Notes: a model not told the origin generated them from the letters alone. Numbered from the stretch's first letter, positions 1-11,722 are shown. The stretch is 64,000 nucleotides of DNA from a bacterium (GCA_046757025.1 JBHHXN010000010.1:1-64000); one strand, 5' to 3'. Made by a program: numbers and translations.

Positions 1-53
1 TTAAATACTGAATTCAGTAATAACCCCGTTTCTGAGCTAACTGGATAGCCGTA
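1..53. mobile_element. Right end of a family-D miniature TIR element, truncated by the window edge
   Basis: 52/53 nt identical to 28270-28322, including the TIR ctgagctaactggatagccgta. Confidence 0.85.
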
Positions 54-162
54 AGGAAAGTACCGTAAGTACTTGTTTTTTAGTCAAACTTTTTTCATGT
101 TTTGTGAAGTCCTATAGTCTTTAACAAATTTTGTTGTTTTTCAAAATGGTGACCATGACACG

Positions 163-987
163 ATGAAACTCGTGATAACCCTGGTCGTGGTAGCAGGACT
201 GTTGGTGCTGTTCATCCGGTTGATGGAAAACAAGCTCATCTTTTTTCCATTCAAATATCCACGTGGATACTGGCAGCCGGATTCTTTAGGGATGCAAGTC
301 GAAGAGTGTTTTTTCAACACAGCGGATGGACTGCGACTGCACGGTTGGCTTTTGCAGCGAAATTCCTCGGTGCCAACGCTCCTGTGGTGTCACGGCAACG
401 CCGGCAACATCACCGACCGCCTGGACAATTTAGCGCGACTCGCAAAATTGCCCCTGAATATTTTCATCTTCGATTACCGCGGCTATGGCAAAAGCGAAGG
501 CTCCCCGAACGAAGCCGGAGTATATCGTGACGCCGAGGCTGCTTTTGATTACTTAAATTCGCGAAAAGATATCGATGCGCAAAAAATCATCCTATTCGGA
601 CGCTCTTTAGGCGGCGCGGTAGCGGTAGATTTAGCTACCAAAAGACCCTGTGCCGCTGTGATTTTAGAATCCACTTTCACTTCAGCCAGAGACATGGCCA
701 AAGCGGCTTTCGGTCTCATTCCGATTCATTTAATCATTAAAACCAAATTCAATTCACTGGCAAAAATCCGCAACATTCAAGTACCGCTGCTCTGTTTTCA
801 TGGCAGCAGAGATAGTACCGTGCCATTTAAATTAGGTCGAAAACTGTTTGAGGCGGCAAATCAACCCAAAGAATTTTACCCCATCCAAAACGCTGACCAC
901 AATGACACTTACCTCGTCGGAGGCAGCGCGTATTTTGAGAAAATACAGGCTTTCATTGAATCGCAATTCTCCAATGATGCTCTTTAA
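163..987 (+). CDS. Alpha/beta hydrolase (ABHD13/BEM46-like) with N-terminal membrane anchor
   Basis: HGNAG, DYRGYGKSEG, GRSLGG nucleophile elbow, HGSRD, HND motifs. Confidence 0.9.
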   Translation: MKLVITLVVVAGLLVLFIRLMENKLIFFPFKYPRGYWQPDSLGMQVEECFFNTADGLRLHGWLLQRNSSVPTLLWCHGNAGNITDRLDNLARLAKLPLNIFIFDYRGYGKSEGSPNEAGVYRDAEAAFDYLNSRKDIDAQKIILFGRSLGGAVAVDLATKRPCAAVILESTFTSARDMAKAAFGLIPIHLIIKTKFNSLAKIRNIQVPLLCFHGSRDSTVPFKLGRKLFEAANQPKEFYPIQNADHNDTYLVGGSAYFEKIQAFIESQFSNDAL

Positions 988-1102
988 TGTTGCCACTCTG
1001 ATTGCAACCTTTCGTCACCGCTCATCGTAAAATTTTGTATCGAATTCGATTTTCCTTCAGGCTAAGAGTATCAAATTTAACAATTATTCAATAGGGTTCT
1101 AT

Positions 1103-1264
1103 ATGAAACAAAATGCCGTGATTGTGAACCTGTTGTTGTGGATTATTGCGATATTGGCGACTTTGTTCATCGTGGAAGAAAGCGGATTGTTCAAATATCT
1201 GGGGCCACTTTATTTTATCTGCATGATGGGTTCAACCATGGTGGTTGCGAAAACGAAAAAATAA
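1103..1264 (+). CDS. Putative 53-aa small membrane protein (below the ORF-track cutoff)
   Basis: Manual translation MKQNAVIVNLLLWIIAILATLFIVEESGLFKYLGPLYFICMMGSTMVVAKTKK; two hydrophobic segments and a basic tail; ends 34 nt before the next likely start. Confidence 0.55.
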   Translation: MKQNAVIVNLLLWIIAILATLFIVEESGLFKYLGPLYFICMMGSTMVVAKTKK

Positions 1265-1298
1265 TGTAAAATTCAACAATTTACGGGGAGGAAGTGTT

Positions 1299-2420
1299 TT
1301 GAAAAAAACGATTCGGTTCCTTACTTTTGTTTTATTTTTTACCGCAACAATTGAAATTCATTCTGTCGCTTCGTCAACGTTATCAAGCAAATCTGCTGCC
1401 GGGGACAGCCTCTCAAAAAAAAGAAACGGTTTTATTTTCATTCCCGCCCTGTTCTACACGCCGGAAACAAAAGTCGCTGGCGGTGTGTCGTTGATGTATT
1501 ATTTTCGCAGCGCCTCCAGTTCCCTCGAGAATCGTCCGTCCACGCTTTCGCCGACTTTTATTTACACCCAGCGCAAGCAAATTATCAGTCAGCTTTTCGC
1601 GGATTTTTACTGGCAGGATGAAACCTACCATTTACTAGCTGGCGGTGGATACATTAAATTTCCCGATAAGTTTTACAGCATCGGTCATTCCACCCCAAAA
1701 TCAGCTGAAGAAGATTATACGCCCCGAAAATATTTTTTTCTCCTCAACATGCAGAAAAAACTGCACCACGCCTGGCATGTGGGATTATTGTATGAAATTA
1801 CCGATACGAAAATCACCGAAACGGAGGAAAACGGACAGCTGTCCACTTCGCAGATTTTAGGGGCCGACGGCGGCATCGTGGGCGGCTTCGGACTGGTAAC
1901 CAATTGGGATTCGCGCGACAACATTTTCAATCCGACTCAAGGTGAATTTTATCAATTCTCAGCGACGTTCTTCAAAAGCCCGTTTGGAAGCGACTATGAT
2001 TTCAACCGATATAATTTTGATTTAAGAAAATATTTTCGCTTTCGATCCTCTGACGTTTTTGCCTTACAAGTATATATGAATTTTGTCACGGGCAAGCCGC
2101 CATTTCAAATGCTTTCGCTCATCGGTGGACAAAATTTGATGCGCGGCTATTATGAGGGCCGTTATCGCGATAAAAATCTGCTCATCTGGCAGAGCGAATA
2201 TCGTTTGCCGGTGTGGAAGCGTTTCGGTGTGGTGGCGTTTGCCGGCTTGGGCGATGTGGCCGCTAAACTGAGCGGCTTTGAAATCGATCGATTTAAATAT
2301 TCGTATGGGTGGGGGCTGCGTTATTTGTTCAGCCGAAATGAAGGTTTGAATATCCGATTCGATTTTGGATTCGGCAAAGATTCTTCTGGTTTTTATATCA
2401 CCCTGGGTGAAGCATTTTAA
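1299..2420 (+). CDS. Omp85/BamA-TamA family outer-membrane beta-barrel protein (no POTRA domains)
   Basis: MRGY lid-loop motif, C-terminal GEAF, signal peptide; TTG start at 1299 follows GGAGG (ORF track starts at 1245). Confidence 0.85.
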   Translation: MKKTIRFLTFVLFFTATIEIHSVASSTLSSKSAAGDSLSKKRNGFIFIPALFYTPETKVAGGVSLMYYFRSASSSLENRPSTLSPTFIYTQRKQIISQLFADFYWQDETYHLLAGGGYIKFPDKFYSIGHSTPKSAEEDYTPRKYFFLLNMQKKLHHAWHVGLLYEITDTKITETEENGQLSTSQILGADGGIVGGFGLVTNWDSRDNIFNPTQGEFYQFSATFFKSPFGSDYDFNRYNFDLRKYFRFRSSDVFALQVYMNFVTGKPPFQMLSLIGGQNLMRGYYEGRYRDKNLLIWQSEYRLPVWKRFGVVAFAGLGDVAAKLSGFEIDRFKYSYGWGLRYLFSRNEGLNIRFDFGFGKDSSGFYITLGEAF

Positions 2421-2500
2421 AAAAGATGTAACATTTTTACTTTTAACCTGTCTATTGGATCATGAAACTATCTGTCATATTGAATTTGAGGAGCGGCCAA

Positions 2501-3562
2501 ATGAAATATTCCAATTCGAAATTGATTTCCATTTTGACCTGTTTGCTTTTACTGGGCCTGCTCTGGGCATCTTGCGGAGAAAACGGTCAGGCAAAAAACG
2601 TAGATGAAACCGAAGAAAATGCGCTGTTAACCCCCGTGGAAGTTTCAAAAGTAACTCAAGATGAAATCTCAGCCTATTTGACCGGCACAGCCACGCTGGA
2701 GGCGGAGAACGAAGCCGAAGTGGTTGCCAAAATCTCGGAAATTGTGGAGGAGATACGGGTGGAAGAAGGCATGTTCGTCAAAAAAGGGCAAATCCTTGCC
2801 CGCCTGGACGCGGACATGCTGCGTATCGAATTACAGCAAACCCAGGCCGATTTAAACAAATTGCAAAACGATTTTGACCGCAACCAAGAGCTATTTAAAA
2901 AACGATTGATTTCAAAAGAAGAATTCCAAAATGTGCGTTTTCAATTTGAAGCGCAGAAAGCCGCCCTGGAGAAAGCCCGATTAAACTTAAATTACGCCAC
3001 TATCCACGCTCCCATTTCTGGCGTCATCGCCAAAAGACACATCAAGCCAGGGAATATGGTGAACCAAAACCAGCCGCTTTTTCGAATTGTGGATTTTAAC
3101 CACCTGATCGCTAATTTATTTGTACCAGAAGTGGATATTCAAAAAGTTCAAATCGGGCAAAAAGCGCTGCTCAAATTTGACGCCACCAACGGTTCAAGCT
3201 TTGAAGGCTATGTCGAACGCATCAACCCGGTGGTGGACCCCGCAAGCGGCACCGTAAAAGTAACCATTGCGGTGAATAAAGCCCGTTCTCACATCAAGCC
3301 GGGTATGTTTGCACGAGTTCAGATCGTTTACGACACCCATCCAAATAGTTTGCTCATTCCCAAACAAGCCCTGCTTTCAGAAGATGGCACGGAATTGGTT
3401 TACACCATTCAGGATTCCATTGCCATCAAGAAATTTGTGAAGACCGGCTACCGTTCGGAATCGATGATTGAAATTGTGGAGGGATTAACGGCAGGCGAAC
3501 AGGTAGTAGTCATCGGCCAAAACGGCCTAAAAGACAGCTCGAAAGTCGAAATCGTGCAATGA
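2501..3562 (+). CDS. RND efflux periplasmic adaptor (MFP), lipoprotein
   Basis: LLWASC lipobox, I.APISG, KPGMFARV; GAGGAG RBS before ATG at 2501. Confidence 0.92.
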   Translation: MKYSNSKLISILTCLLLLGLLWASCGENGQAKNVDETEENALLTPVEVSKVTQDEISAYLTGTATLEAENEAEVVAKISEIVEEIRVEEGMFVKKGQILARLDADMLRIELQQTQADLNKLQNDFDRNQELFKKRLISKEEFQNVRFQFEAQKAALEKARLNLNYATIHAPISGVIAKRHIKPGNMVNQNQPLFRIVDFNHLIANLFVPEVDIQKVQIGQKALLKFDATNGSSFEGYVERINPVVDPASGTVKVTIAVNKARSHIKPGMFARVQIVYDTHPNSLLIPKQALLSEDGTELVYTIQDSIAIKKFVKTGYRSESMIEIVEGLTAGEQVVVIGQNGLKDSSKVEIVQ

Positions 3563-3618
3563 GTGATTTCTTGAACAAGGGTGTTCCGGCAATTTCTGCG
3601 GAGGGCTTTTACGAATTA

Positions 3619-3773
3619 ACGCTTGAATGAAAACCCGAAAAATGCGCGTTTTACTACCCTCGTCGCAAAGGTGCCTCTTCGACAAAGCTCTGGCGCGGCT
3701 CCGCCGGGCCAAGCTGGAATTCACCCTCGGCCAGGAGACCTTCGGGAAGAATAGGTTGTTTTCGTTCACACAT
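3619..3773. mobile_element. Family-A miniature TIR element, copy 1
   Basis: Ends acgcttgaatgaaaac / gttttcgttcacacat; perfect 6-bp direct repeat gaatta (3613-3618, 3774-3779); body homologous to 22460-22612, 28324-28479 and 46418-46572. Confidence 0.85.
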
Positions 3774-3873
3774 GAATTACCGTTTGATCAACTCTCGACA
3801 AGATGCGATTTTGAGAACGCCTCCAAGTGAAGTATTTTCCCAATAATTCTGATAAAAATTTTCAAGGTTCAGT

Positions 3874-6800
3874 ATGAAAATCATAGATTTTTCAATTCGA
3901 CGCAGAGTCACCGTTTCCATGGTGACACTGGCCGTGGTTATTTTTGGAGCAGTGGCATTCAATCGATTAGCTGTGACTCTGCTGCCAAGTTTGACTTATC
4001 CCACTTTAACCATTCGCACCGATTACGCCGGCGCCGCTCCCATTGAAATCGAAAACTTGATCACCAAACCCATCGAAGAGGCCGTGGGCGTGGTCAAGAA
4101 TCTCATCGAGGTGCGCTCCGTTTCCCGCACCGGCCAGTCCGATGTGATTCTCGAATTTGAATGGGGCAGCAACATGGATTACGCCGGGCTGGACGTGCGC
4201 GAAAAGTTAGACGCTTTAAACCTGCCATTGGAAGCTAAAAAACCGCTGGTGCTGCGATTTGACCCGTCTCTGGATCCCATCGTGACTCTGGCTTTGCACC
4301 GCAAAAATTCGGAGGGAGGCCAAAGGTCCGAACACATGAAATTGGCCAAATTTGAACAAAAAGTTGCACGTTCAGATGAATTCCTCATCGATGAATCGAA
4401 TTTAAAATTTCTAAGAACTTTTTCCGAGGAGCAGCTCAAAAAAGAGCTTGAGTCCATTCCAGGTGTGGCGGCGGTGAAAATCAGTGGTGGATTGGAGGAA
4501 GAAATCCAGATCGAAGTTGACCAAGGTAAGTTAGCCCAGATAGGCATCTCCATCCAGGAAGTTGCCCAGCGCCTGCGTGGAGAAAATGTCAACCTTGCCG
4601 GCGGCAGTTTAAAGGAAGGCAGCCATCAATATCTGGTGCGCACGCTCAATCAATTCCGAACGGTGGATGAAATTCGCAATATGATTCTCAGAAGCCACGC
4701 CGGCTCAAACATCTACTTGAAAAATGTCGCTCGCGTCATCGAAGGCTTCAAAGAGCGCAAAGCCATCACCCGAGTGGATGGTCAGGAAGCTGTTGAAATC
4801 GCCATTTACAAAGAGGGAGATGCCAATACCGTGGCGGTAGCGAAAGCCTTGAGCAGCCGTTTGCATCGGCTCAACAAAATATTGCCCGCAGGCGCTTCGC
4901 TCAAAATGGTTTACAACCAGTCGATATTTATCGAAAACGCCGTAAACGAAGTAGTGGACGCGGCAGTCATCGGCGGCATTTTAGCTTTCTTTGTTTTATA
5001 CTTCTTTTTGCGAAATATCTGGAGTACCCTGATCATCTGTCTGGCCATTCCCATTTCGGTAATCGCGACATTTAACCTCATGTTTGGCGGGAATATTACG
5101 TTGAACATCATGTCGCTGGGGGGCATTGCTTTGGGCATCGGTATGCTGGTGGACAATTCCGTGGTGGTGCTGGAAAGCATTTTTCGGCATCGTGAAAAAA
5201 GCGGCACCATTGTGGAAGCTGCCCACACCGGTGCCAGTGAAGTTGGCATGGCGGTCATGGCCTCCACTCTCACTACCATTGCCGTGTTTTTTCCGCTGGT
5301 CTTTGTGAAAGGCATCGCCGGCCAGTTGTTTCGTGATCAGGCTCTGACCGTCACCTTCTCCTTGTTTGCATCTTTAGTGGTGGCCTTAACGCTTATTCCC
5401 ATGCTGGCTTCTCTGGGTGGTAAAAAGAGTCCGGCGTTGGAATTTAAAAACGAAACCCATGCCCCGTTGAAAAGTCGCAGCAAATTCGTACGCGGCCTTA
5501 AGCAATTTTTCCACTATCTGTTTTCGAAAATTCCTGTCTCTATTTTAACCTGGACGATTCGCCTTTCAAAAGGCCTATCTAAATTCATGAGGTGGCTGGT
5601 CAAACCCTTTGTTTCTGTGTTCGAAAAATCATACACCTTCATTGACCGATTTTATCCCCGACTTCTGAGGTGGTCTTTAAACCATAAAGCGGCCACTCTA
5701 GGAATTGCCGCAATTCTGTTTGTACTGAGTATGGGCCTGGTTCCAAAGTTAGGATTGCAGTTGATTCCACAGTTATCGCAGGGAGAATTTATCGTAGAAG
5801 TCAAGCTGCCGCCGGGCACGCCGTTAAATCAAACCGACCGGCTGATCGCGCGCATGCAAGAACGCGCTAAATCCAGCGAAATGATACACACCATGTTTTC
5901 GGTTGCCGGCACGGGCAATCGCCTGGACGCCAACCCGGAAGAGGGCGGTGAAAACTGGGGGGAGTTGCACATCAAAATGGTAACCGGCTCGGGCCGCAAG
6001 GACGAAGAGGCGTTGATGTCGGATTTGAGAAAGCGCTTTAAGCGTCTGGCCGGCGCAGAATATAAATTTTCCCGGCCGACTTTATTTAGTTTCCGAACCC
6101 CCATTGAAATTGAAATTGCTGGCTACGATTTAAAAGGATTAAAAAAAATATCCGACACCGTGGTGCGGAAATTAGAAGAAAATTCAAGATTCACGGATAT
6201 CAAATCCACCATGCAGGGCGGCTATCCCGAGATACAAATTTACTTCGACCGCGAAAGAATTGCCGCTTACGGATTGCAGGTGCCGGAAATTGCCCAGACC
6301 GTGGTCAATAAAGTCAAAGGCGAAATGGCAACGCGCTATTCCATGCGGGATCGCAAAATCGACGTGCTGGTCAGGGCGCGGGAGAGCGAGCGGGAATCCA
6401 TCGAAAACATCCGTAATTTGCTTGTGAATCCGGTCTATATGCCACCGCTCACACTGGCAGCGGTAGCGGATGTGCAAATGGAGATGGGACCCGGTGAAAT
6501 CCATCGCTCGGCCCAGCAGCGCGTGGCCTTGATTCGTGCCAATTTAATCGGTCACGATTTAGGCGCCGCCGCCGAGGAAATCAACGAAATCATTGGTCAA
6601 ATTTCCATACCTGAAGAATTCAGCATTCGCCTGGCTGGCCAGAGCAATGAAATGACGGTTTCCATTCAATCCCTGCGTCTGGCGTTAATTCTTGCGATAT
6701 TCTTGATCTATCTGGTAATGGCCTCGCAATTTGAATCACTGCTGCATCCTTTTGTGATCATGTTTACTATCCCCCTGGCATTGATCGGCGTGGTGCTGGC

Positions 6801-7155
6801 TCTACTGCTGACTGGCAACTCCATCAGCGTGGTGGTCTTGATCGGTCTGATAATGCTGGCCGGCATCGTGGTAAACAACGCCATTGTGCTGATCGATTAC
6901 ATCAATCAACTGCGAAAAAATGGATTGGCAAAATTGTCTGCCATAACCGACGCCGGGCAAGTGCGACTGCGGCCCATCCTGATGACGACCCTTACCACGA
7001 TTCTGGGATTGCTGCCTCTGGCGCTGGGTTTTGGGGAAGGCGTAGAAGTGCGGGCGCCCATGGCGATCACGGTTATCGGCGGACTGCTCGTTTCTACCTT
7101 GCTCACTCTGATCGTCATCCCAGTGATGTATTCCGTTGTCGACCGCAAAAATTAA
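3874..7155 (+). CDS. RND efflux permease subunit 1 (AcrB/MdtB-like)
   Basis: GMLVDNS, GIVVNNAI, RLRPILMT motifs; 1093 aa. Confidence 0.95.
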   Translation: MKIIDFSIRRRVTVSMVTLAVVIFGAVAFNRLAVTLLPSLTYPTLTIRTDYAGAAPIEIENLITKPIEEAVGVVKNLIEVRSVSRTGQSDVILEFEWGSNMDYAGLDVREKLDALNLPLEAKKPLVLRFDPSLDPIVTLALHRKNSEGGQRSEHMKLAKFEQKVARSDEFLIDESNLKFLRTFSEEQLKKELESIPGVAAVKISGGLEEEIQIEVDQGKLAQIGISIQEVAQRLRGENVNLAGGSLKEGSHQYLVRTLNQFRTVDEIRNMILRSHAGSNIYLKNVARVIEGFKERKAITRVDGQEAVEIAIYKEGDANTVAVAKALSSRLHRLNKILPAGASLKMVYNQSIFIENAVNEVVDAAVIGGILAFFVLYFFLRNIWSTLIICLAIPISVIATFNLMFGGNITLNIMSLGGIALGIGMLVDNSVVVLESIFRHREKSGTIVEAAHTGASEVGMAVMASTLTTIAVFFPLVFVKGIAGQLFRDQALTVTFSLFASLVVALTLIPMLASLGGKKSPALEFKNETHAPLKSRSKFVRGLKQFFHYLFSKIPVSILTWTIRLSKGLSKFMRWLVKPFVSVFEKSYTFIDRFYPRLLRWSLNHKAATLGIAAILFVLSMGLVPKLGLQLIPQLSQGEFIVEVKLPPGTPLNQTDRLIARMQERAKSSEMIHTMFSVAGTGNRLDANPEEGGENWGELHIKMVTGSGRKDEEALMSDLRKRFKRLAGAEYKFSRPTLFSFRTPIEIEIAGYDLKGLKKISDTVVRKLEENSRFTDIKSTMQGGYPEIQIYFDRERIAAYGLQVPEIAQTVVNKVKGEMATRYSMRDRKIDVLVRARESERESIENIRNLLVNPVYMPPLTLAAVADVQMEMGPGEIHRSAQQRVALIRANLIGHDLGAAAEEINEIIGQISIPEEFSIRLAGQSNEMTVSIQSLRLALILAIFLIYLVMASQFESLLHPFVIMFTIPLALIGVVLALLLTGNSISVVVLIGLIMLAGIVVNNAIVLIDYINQLRKNGLAKLSAITDAGQVRLRPILMTTLTTILGLLPLALGFGEGVEVRAPMAITVIGGLLVSTLLTLIVIPVMYSVVDRKN

Positions 7156-7187
7156 AATTCACGTATTATTTGAGTTGAGTTAGAAAT

Positions 7188-10100
7188 ATGAATATTTCCA
7201 GGACAGCGCTGCACAGACCCGTGACCACGGTTATGGTTTTTCTTTCCTTATTTCTATTGGGTGGCATCGCGAGCAGAATGCTTCCATTAGAATTTTTACC
7301 CGACGTCGATTTTCCGGGCGTCTTTATCAATTTTCCCTATCCCAATTCGACACCGAAAGAGGTCGAAGATTTGATTGCAATACCGGTTGAAGAAGTGCTC
7401 GGTACCATGAGCGGAATCAAACGGATGGATTCCTTTTCTGACGAAAACGGTCTCGGTATCAATTTGCAATTCAACTGGGGGGAAGATACCTCCATCAAAG
7501 CCATGGAAGCGAAAGAAAAAATTGAAAGTGTCTGGAATCAACTGCCGGCCGATCTGGAGCGCTATTTCGTGCTGAAATTCTCCTCCTCCGACATCCCGAT
7601 TATGAATTTGCGGCTCTCCTCTCAACGAGATCTCTCAAACAGTTATGATCTGCTGGACCGACATGTTAAGCGAAGAATCGAACGCATTCCGGGTGTGTCC
7701 AAGGTGGAACTGCACGGTGTAGAAAAAAAGGAAATTCTCATCGATTTGATGGCGGACCGCATTCTGGCGCATAAAGTAGATATCGGGCTGCTTCAACAAA
7801 AATTACGCAATTCCAACCTCATTTTTACAGCAGGACGCATTACAGACGGTCAAAAACGCTACAACGTAAGGCCGCTGGTGGAATTTCAGAGTCTGGAGGA
7901 AATCGAAAAATTGATTATCAACGAGCAGGGATTGCGCTTGAAAGATATCGCCAACCTGAAATACGATCATCCTGAATTAAACTACGGTCGGCATTTAGAT
8001 CGCAAATATGCCATCGGACTAGAGATTTTTAAAGAGTCTGGCGCCAACACTGTGGAAGTCGCCAGGCGTGTCATGAACGCCATCGCAGAAATCGAAAACA
8101 GCTCGGAAATGCAAGGTATCAAACTATATTTCATGGATAATGCAGCCGAAGGCATTATGTCATCCATCAATGAGCTGCTGAAATCCGGCATGTGGGGCGC
8201 GCTGTTTGCTGTTCTGGTTTTGTACTTCTTTTTGAGAAGAATCTCCACCACGCTGATTGTTGCCTTGGCCATTCCCTTTTCTTTGATCATCACCATGGGA
8301 TTCATGTATTTTTTAAACATGACTTTAAACATTCTCACCATGATGGGTTTGATGCTGTCGGTGGGTATGCTGGTGGACAACGCCGTCGTCATCACCGAGA
8401 GCATCTTCCGTCATCAGCAGCTTGGCGAGGAGCCCGCGCAAGCGACTATCATCGGCATCAAAGAAGTCGGGTTGGCCGTAACCGCAGCAACTTCCACCAC
8501 AGCCATCGTATTTCTACCATTCATCATGTCACCGGAAGGCGAAGTGGCGACCTACATGAAACACGTTTCTCTCACCATCGTCATTGCCCTGGCTGCCTCG
8601 CTGCTAATCGCGCAAACGCTCATTCCGCTGTTGACTTCAAAACTGCAATTTAAATCGTTTACTCACAAACAAACCGTCATCGAAAAAACCTCCGTGCACT
8701 ACGCAAAAATATTAAAATGGTCTCTGGAACACCCTGGCCTGACAACCTTGATTATTATTGGCATTGTCGCCAGTACCGCTTTACCCGTCATGAAGGTGAA
8801 AATCGATATGTTTCCAGACCGCGACGATCGGCGAATTTACTTGCGTTACCATGTCAATGGCAACTATCGTGTGGAGAAAGTGGAAGAAGCGGTGGATGTC
8901 ATTGAAGAATATTTGTATGACAATAAAAAGAAGTTTGATATCGAGTCCGTGTATTCGTACTACCAGAACGGCTATGCCATGTCCACGCTCATACTAACGG
9001 ACGAAGAGAAAGCCACAAAATCAGAAGCGGAATTGCGCAAAGAAATCGTCAAAGATTTGCCGAAAATTGCCATTGGCAAGCCCTCTTTTGAAAGAAGCGC
9101 TTCATCTGGCAGTGCCGAAAACATCAGCGTGCAATTATGGGGGGATTCCAGCGAGCTTTTGGCTGATTTGAGTAAGGACGCGGCCTGGCGGCTTTCAAAA
9201 ATTCCCGGTTTGAACGATGTGCGATCTTCGGCCGAGGCCGGCGACCGCGAAGTCCACATCAAAGTGAACCAGGAGGTGGCACAGAAACATCGATTTTCTG
9301 CTCAGGATGTGGGACAAATAGTTGCCGTGGCGTTGCGCGGCCAACAACTGCGACGCTTTAAAACACCCAGCGGGGAAATTGAAATGAAATTGCGCCTGCA
9401 GGACACAGACCGCGAAAATCTGGAGCAACTAAAAAGACTGGTTTTGTACGACGACGCCGGTAAACCAGTAGAATTGGCGACACTGGCAGATTTTAACTGG
9501 CGTAAAGGGCCGCAAAGCATTCATCGTGTGGACCGGCAAACCACCATGGAAGTCACTGCGGCTTTGGAAGAGCTCAGCGTCAACGAAGCTAGAAAATATA
9601 TTGAAAAACAACTGGCTAATTACGAATTACCTCCTGGGTATTCCTGGGGATTCGGTCGCCGTTTTGAACGAGAAGATGAAACCGCGAAGATTATGCTGAT
9701 AAACATGGTTCTCGCTCTGGTTTTGATCTATTTCGTCATGGCTTCTTTGTTTGAATCGCTGGTTTATCCCGCTGCCATCTGGACTTCCATCATATTTGCC
9801 ATCGTCGGCACGTTCTGGTTTTTCTGGATAACCGGCACCACCTTCTCCCTGATGGCGTGGATTGGCGTATTCATTCTCATCGGGATCGTGGTAAATAACG
9901 GAATCGTACTGATCGATCATATCAATCAGCTCAGAGCCGAAGGGCTGCCCAGGAAGCAAGCCATCATCGACGCAGCTTTGCACCGCATCCGCCCAATTTT
10001 GATGACCACGGCCACCACTGTGCTCGGATTGATTCCGTTGTCCATCGGCAAAACGCTCATCGGCGGGGATGGCCCACCGTATTTTCCCATGGCACGTTCC

Positions 10101-10223
10101 ATTATGGGCGGCCTGATCTTTTCCACGGTGGTCACTTTAATTATCCTGCCAACAATTTATGTGGGTTTGGACAATTTACGAACTTGGGGAAGAAATGCTT
10201 TACAGCAAGCGCGGGGGAATTAA
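7188..10223 (+). CDS. RND efflux permease subunit 2 (AcrB/MdtC-like)
   Basis: GMLVDNA, GIVVNNGI, RIRPILMT motifs; tandem paralog of the upstream gene. Confidence 0.95.
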   Translation: MNISRTALHRPVTTVMVFLSLFLLGGIASRMLPLEFLPDVDFPGVFINFPYPNSTPKEVEDLIAIPVEEVLGTMSGIKRMDSFSDENGLGINLQFNWGEDTSIKAMEAKEKIESVWNQLPADLERYFVLKFSSSDIPIMNLRLSSQRDLSNSYDLLDRHVKRRIERIPGVSKVELHGVEKKEILIDLMADRILAHKVDIGLLQQKLRNSNLIFTAGRITDGQKRYNVRPLVEFQSLEEIEKLIINEQGLRLKDIANLKYDHPELNYGRHLDRKYAIGLEIFKESGANTVEVARRVMNAIAEIENSSEMQGIKLYFMDNAAEGIMSSINELLKSGMWGALFAVLVLYFFLRRISTTLIVALAIPFSLIITMGFMYFLNMTLNILTMMGLMLSVGMLVDNAVVITESIFRHQQLGEEPAQATIIGIKEVGLAVTAATSTTAIVFLPFIMSPEGEVATYMKHVSLTIVIALAASLLIAQTLIPLLTSKLQFKSFTHKQTVIEKTSVHYAKILKWSLEHPGLTTLIIIGIVASTALPVMKVKIDMFPDRDDRRIYLRYHVNGNYRVEKVEEAVDVIEEYLYDNKKKFDIESVYSYYQNGYAMSTLILTDEEKATKSEAELRKEIVKDLPKIAIGKPSFERSASSGSAENISVQLWGDSSELLADLSKDAAWRLSKIPGLNDVRSSAEAGDREVHIKVNQEVAQKHRFSAQDVGQIVAVALRGQQLRRFKTPSGEIEMKLRLQDTDRENLEQLKRLVLYDDAGKPVELATLADFNWRKGPQSIHRVDRQTTMEVTAALEELSVNEARKYIEKQLANYELPPGYSWGFGRRFEREDETAKIMLINMVLALVLIYFVMASLFESLVYPAAIWTSIIFAIVGTFWFFWITGTTFSLMAWIGVFILIGIVVNNGIVLIDHINQLRAEGLPRKQAIIDAALHRIRPILMTTATTVLGLIPLSIGKTLIGGDGPPYFPMARSIMGGLIFSTVVTLIILPTIYVGLDNLRTWGRNALQQARGN

Positions 10224-10246
10224 CGATTGCAACCGCAAAAAGAAAT

Positions 10247-10408
10247 GTGACTATTCAGCCCAAACCGCCATGCTGAACATGTTACCGGAAGTATGTGCAC
10301 GAAGCCTCTTGCGAACCGGCCAAGAGATTCATCGCACATCCGCACCAGTAAAGATGAGCAAAGAATCCGGAACTTGTACTCAGAATGCCCCCCCCGCTGA
10401 ATGGTTAC
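10247..10408. mobile_element. Family-E miniature TIR element, copy 1
   Basis: TIR gtgactattcagc / gctgaatggttac; perfect 8-bp TSD aaagaaat (10239-10246, 10409-10416); body is the reverse complement of about 43845-44016. Confidence 0.85.
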
Positions 10409-10420
10409 AAAGAAATGAAT

Positions 10421-11722
<1,302 letters not shown>

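Noticed and set aside
3578..3822. Possible older outer element around A copy 1 (agggtgttcc ... ttttgagaacgcct)
   Set aside because: The inverted match is too short and imperfect, with no TSD or second copy.
3627..3830. Recurring peptide MR...FDK...GQE.FGK...FS in ORFs at 3627-3830, 22368-22589 and 46441-46647
   Set aside because: These are translations of family-A element copies. Copy 3 is frameshifted to an early stop, many differences are non-synonymous, and the ORF ends are unrelated.
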